Below are positions 60,147 through 64,000 of a stretch of DNA of 64,000 nt, in pieces. The notes beneath the pieces were generated by a model. That model was not told the origin of the DNA. It ran no database searches and worked only from the letters and a program-made list of their open reading frames with translations. Both the position numbers and the translations under genes were made by a program. Source of the stretch: a virus (lineage: Duplodnaviria; Caudoviricetes). Within the stretch, counting starts at the first letter, position 1. Each line of letters begins with the position of its first letter. Location of the stretch: the IMG/VR virus record IMGVR_UViG_3300049794_000047; one strand, 5' to 3'.

Positions 60147-60590
60147 ATGTTCAAGGCCATTTACCGCACCCTCACCGAGATCTGTGACAGCAAGAAGGCG
60201 GCGTACAGCTTCCTCAACATGATTGGCGCGTGCGTGTTGCACCTGTGCTTCGCGGTCGGCGTCAAGGATGCGCTCTTCCTTGTCTCGCCGCTCACCTTCT
60301 TGACCCTTGCGCAAGCGTACGTCGACGCCTGCGCGGCAAAGCAACAGAAGCCAGGAACCACACTGCCTTTTCCCGTGCCACTGCCGCCGCCCGCGCCTGT
60401 CATGCCACTGCCGCCGCCCGTGCCTGTCGTGCCACTGCCGCCGCCCGTGCCTGTCGTGCCACTGCCGCCGCCCGTGCCTGTCGTGCCACTGCCGCCGCCC
60501 GCGACTGTCGTGCCACTGCCGCCGCCCGCGACTGTCGTGCCACTGCCGCCGCCCGCGACTGTCGTTCCGCCGGTCTCCATGGGCGGATAG
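60147..60590 (+). CDS. small membrane protein with Pro-rich 9-aa repeats
   Basis: two hydrophobic segments then VPLPPPxxV x7 (27-bp unit, about 60375-60563). Confidence 0.6.
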   Translation: MFKAIYRTLTEICDSKKAAYSFLNMIGACVLHLCFAVGVKDALFLVSPLTFLTLAQAYVDACAAKQQKPGTTLPFPVPLPPPAPVMPLPPPVPVVPLPPPVPVVPLPPPVPVVPLPPPATVVPLPPPATVVPLPPPATVVPPVSMGG

Positions 60591-60952
60591 ACCCGCGCTC
60601 GGCCGAGCTGTTGAGCCGGAGCATGTTGAGACCGGCAACGGGCTGGTCTTTGGAAGCCGTGGTCATCGCGGTGGGGGCTCCTTCATTCTCGCCACGATGC
60701 CTGCGCACTTCGCACACACGGGGATCTCACCGTACTTCGGTCGTCCGTCGAAGGCCCAGTCCGGGACCTGGTACACGCCTGCCCCGGCGCCCTCCTCTGC
60801 AGAGCAGAGGCTTCGGGCTTGGATCGTGGTCATCCCTTTCTGGTGGATGACATGGATGGCGTGCAGTTCGTTTACTGCCATGAATGAGGTGATCATGTTC
60901 AGCATTCCTCGGTAGTCGGTAGGGTGTTCGGCAGCATGGGTGTTTCCTTAGG

Positions 60953-61468
60953 CTAGACCCTTTCCGTGTCGTTCTCGACGAGGAAGCCTGCGTCGCGGAG
61001 CATCTGCGCATCCGTGTCGGCGAGCAGCCGATGCTTGTGCCCGCAGCAGCAGCCTTGGTACTTCAGACCTTCTGTGGCGCGCTCGGCGAACTTTGGCTGT
61101 CCCATGATCTCCTCCAATGCTTCGAGCCACTCGGAGTGCATGCCCGGCACCTTCTTCAGCGCGTCGACCTGACAGCCCGGCTGCAGGTAGATGCGCGTGT
61201 ACTCGGCGTATTCTTCGCGATGCTTCTCGCTGAGGCTCTGCATGACGTGCCTCGTCAGCACGAGCGTCGACGCCAAGAGTCCTTTGGTGTACTCAGCGGT
61301 GAGCTTGACGTCGTTGACGACCTCAGGCACCGTGTCCGGATCCTTCTTGCCGATGTAGTTGTAGGCGAACAGCCAGCGCTGCTCTCGATCGAAAAAGTAG
61401 AGGATCGTGAGGCGCGCGCCCGAAGCAAGATCGAGGCGGTTTTCGTGCTGGGGCGGTTCCGTCATCAT
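60953..61468 (-). CDS. hypothetical protein
   Basis: coupled ORF. Confidence 0.65.
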   Translation of the reverse strand: MMTEPPQHENRLDLASGARLTILYFFDREQRWLFAYNYIGKKDPDTVPEVVNDVKLTAEYTKGLLASTLVLTRHVMQSLSEKHREEYAEYTRIYLQPGCQVDALKKVPGMHSEWLEALEEIMGQPKFAERATEGLKYQGCCCGHKHRLLADTDAQMLRDAGFLVENDTERV

Positions 61469-61890
61469 GCGGGCAGGTCCTTCGCGGTACGTAACGTCTG
61501 GAGCAACAGTTCGTGGAACACGGCGAACACAGGCGCGAAGCGCGCTCGTAGCTGCTCACCTTCGACGTCGAACGTGAAATGTTCGGCCCACTCTTCGACC
61601 ATCTTCCAGTCGCCTTCGATCACGGACTCGATCGCGTTCTCTGCAAGGCGTGTCGAGAACTCTGTGGTCTCGCGGATGCGGGCCAATTCCACGGACAGCT
61701 GCATGACGGCGTGGAGGCGACGCTTGCGCTCCTCGCGTGGTTGTATTGCCCATGAGGCGGTGAGCTTCTCGGCTTCCGCGAGCTTCATGAACTCGCGCAT
61801 CGTGAGCCCGGTGCCGAGGAAGTTGGTCGAGTCGGATCCGAGCAGCTCGACCAGGCGCGCGCGGCCGTCTTTTTTGGGCTTATCCGTCAC
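61465..61890 (-). CDS. hypothetical protein
   Basis: coupled ORF. Confidence 0.65.
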   Translation of the reverse strand: MTDKPKKDGRARLVELLGSDSTNFLGTGLTMREFMKLAEAEKLTASWAIQPREERKRRLHAVMQLSVELARIRETTEFSTRLAENAIESVIEGDWKMVEEWAEHFTFDVEGEQLRARFAPVFAVFHELLLQTLRTAKDLPA

Positions 61891-62731
61891 GCGCGCCTTC
61901 GCTTCTTCGACGGCGCCGGATCGGCCGGTGCGGCAAGGAGACGGCTTGGATCGGTTTGAGCCGCCGCGTCGATTTTAGCCGCGAGCGCGAGCGCGTCGCC
62001 AGTGAACAGTTCGAGAAGACGCGCGTCAAGCTTGCCGAGTGAAGCGACGATCTCCGCGAGTAAGGCTTCGCGCTCAGGCGTCCACAAGAGTGTCCCGGAC
62101 GGCAGGACATTGTCCTCCCACTCTTCAGGCTCGCCGATCTTCTCCTTGCCCACGTCGGACCCCCAGCGCCAGATCTCGACGCTGCGCTTGGCACGTACAA
62201 GCTTCTTGGGCTCTTCGGGAAGGACGTACGGCTCGGAGATCTCGCAGATCGTCCAGTGCAGCTCGATCTCGCAGATCGCATGCTTATCGCGAATGCCCGC
62301 GCTGGTGATCCGGTCGTCGAATTTCGTTCGATCGTCGTCCAGATCGTAAGTGTGATACTGGCCGGACGTCGCGGACCGCCCGCTTTTTTCGTCCTCGATC
62401 GGCCCGCCTTGAGCTTTGTAGGAGATCTGGATGTAGCGCTTCCACTCGATCGAGAGCGCCTTGGTCGCCGCCACCTTGATCTGCTCGGCGAGGTCGTCTT
62501 TGGTCTTCGCGGAATACCAGTTGCCCTCGTACTGCGCGTGGAACGTGCCGTTGGTGATCTCGAAGCGCACAGCTCGTAGACTCCCTTGAGCGGCGGACGT
62601 TCGCCCGTCGTGAGCGTGACGAGCAGGTCTTCGGCGACGGCGCGCATATCCTCGGTGACTTGCGCGACGGCCTCACGCTCCGTCCGACTGCCGTCTGTAC
62701 GCTCGACAACGAGGTGAATGCGTGGCGTCAT
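61887..62731 (-). pseudogene. frameshifted hypothetical gene
   Basis: MTPRIHL...GVYEL continues as RFEITNG... in another frame at about 62570 (extra TG). Confidence 0.55.
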
Positions 62732-63019
62732 GGCAGCACTCCTTGTGCGATCAGGCTGTCGGCAAGGGCTTCGGCGGGCGTCCGACCCGCAAGGATCCGC
62801 TCGAACTCCCGCTTCCAGTACCGATGGCAGTCGACGCTCGCGAAGCAGCGCGCGCCTGACGTCGTCACGCCCCTTGCCCGCCAGCGCTTGATCTTCAGCG
62901 ATGTTTTCCGCGCAGTCCGCGACGAGCGTGACGATCTGTTGCCGGAGCCACACGGGGTTGGTGACGCGTTGCGCGGGGGTTTGGTTCTTGGTGTTCATGG
63001 AGATGAGCAAATGCACTCG

Positions 63020-63286
63020 GTCTGCGAGCGAAAAGCCGAGCATCGCGAGCGCGCCTTCGAGGTTGTCGATCGATTTCTTGCCGACATTCTTCAGGCGTTG
63101 CAGCCGGGCGCGCTTGGTCGCGCATAGATCAGTGAGCGTGCGAACACCTTCGCTGTAGAGCCCGTACGCCATGCGTGATCGCTGGTACTTGGGCAGCTGC
63201 GCGATGACGGCGTCGAGGCGTGGCGACATCCCGCTCGGCCGGGACTCGTCCGCCTGATCGGAGAGGGTGTCGATGTTCAGGTTCAC
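63020..63286 (-). CDS. RNA polymerase alpha-subunit C-terminal-domain-like protein (domain extent; ORF continues)
   Basis: RMAYGLYSEGVRTLTDL...LQRLKNVGKKSIDNLEGALAMLGFSL matches the alpha-CTD helix-hairpin-helix pattern. Confidence 0.75.
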
Positions 63287-63954
63287 GGCGTTTCCTCGGT
63301 CGCATCGGCAGGGGAGGTTGGCACGATCACGACCTCGCGCTTCTCGGCGTCCCGGTGCAGGCGTGCTTGACCCTTCGCGCTACGCGCAACGTCCATCGAG
63401 TCGATGTTCGGGAAGAAGTCGCGCGCGACTTGGCAGCTCCACGAGTAGCAGGACGACTTGCCGGCGCCGCGAAGCGCTTCTTTCTGGCCACGATTCCAGG
63501 CTTCGCGGATGAGCTGGTTGATCTTGCGGAGGTTGAGGCGCAGCACTAGGCGCGATCCTTCGGCGGCGTCGTACCGACTAATCTCCTCCGCCTGCGGATC
63601 GCGAGGCAGCCGAACGACCGCTCCGCGACGGTAGAACTTTCCGGGTTCGAGCAGCCTGGCGTGCGGGACGCACCGGCAGCGCCCCTGGTCGATCAACTGC
63701 ATGATCGTCGGGTACGCCGAGAGCAACGCCGTCTCCTCGTCGGGCACGTCAACGAGCACGATCAGCAGTACACACTCGGACACGAGGGCCTCACGGATCT
63801 CGGGTGCCAGGACGAACCACGACGCCTGATACTTCCCGGCGAGGCGCTTGGCGAACATGCGGACCTGGCCGTTCGACCAACCGCTTCTTCCACCAGCAGT
63901 GCCGCAAGAAGTGCCGTGGAGAAAGAGAGCCCGCTTGCGCGTTGTCTCCGCCAC
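63283..63954 (-). CDS. hypothetical protein
   Basis: GGAG RBS; coupled to the next gene. Confidence 0.55.
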   Translation of the reverse strand: MAETTRKRALFLHGTSCGTAGGRSGWSNGQVRMFAKRLAGKYQASWFVLAPEIREALVSECVLLIVLVDVPDEETALLSAYPTIMQLIDQGRCRCVPHARLLEPGKFYRRGAVVRLPRDPQAEEISRYDAAEGSRLVLRLNLRKINQLIREAWNRGQKEALRGAGKSSCYSWSCQVARDFFPNIDSMDVARSAKGQARLHRDAEKREVVIVPTSPADATEETP

Positions 63955-64000
63955 CGCTGCCGCGTACTCCTTGCGGGTATCCTCGCCCTCTGTACGCGAT

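Noticed and set aside
61880-63286. Single 468-aa protein
   Set aside because: The C-terminal part is an out-of-frame reading of 61887..62570; it looks like several genes joined by frameshifts

Overview
GC-rich window (roughly 60-65% by eye) densely packed with short, overlapping, mostly hypothetical ORFs. Genes run on + from 1 to about 46.5 kb and mostly on - from about 49.4 kb to the end, and the two arms converge in a cluster of mobile-element debris. This layout, plus host-like genes (GltG-type FHA domain, DnaJ, PiuC/YbiX hydroxylase, TRAP substrate-binding protein, RNAP alpha-CTD-like domain), suggests the accessory/early region of a large virus or similar element of a myxobacterial host. 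This is inference: no terminase, polymerase or confidently identified capsid is in the window. Main non-obvious structures: (1) eight dispersed copies of a composite promoter cassette: palindromic GGGT-N8-ACCC box(es), an ACTTRC-like motif, a sigma54-type GG-N10-GC core, and a start codon usually 27-28 nt after the GG; (2) 11 copies (10 full, 1 truncated) of an 86-bp MITE with 29-bp imperfect TIRs and TWA target duplications; (3) an IS1595 element carrying a passenger gene, with two 115-bp non-autonomous derivatives (one inserted in frame) and a solo end; (4) a SWIM-finger DDE transposase module with reiterated ends; (5) a candidate structured ncRNA ending in a tRNA-like T-arm; (6) pervasive tandem repeats. 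All protein calls come from motif recognition by eye, not database searches.
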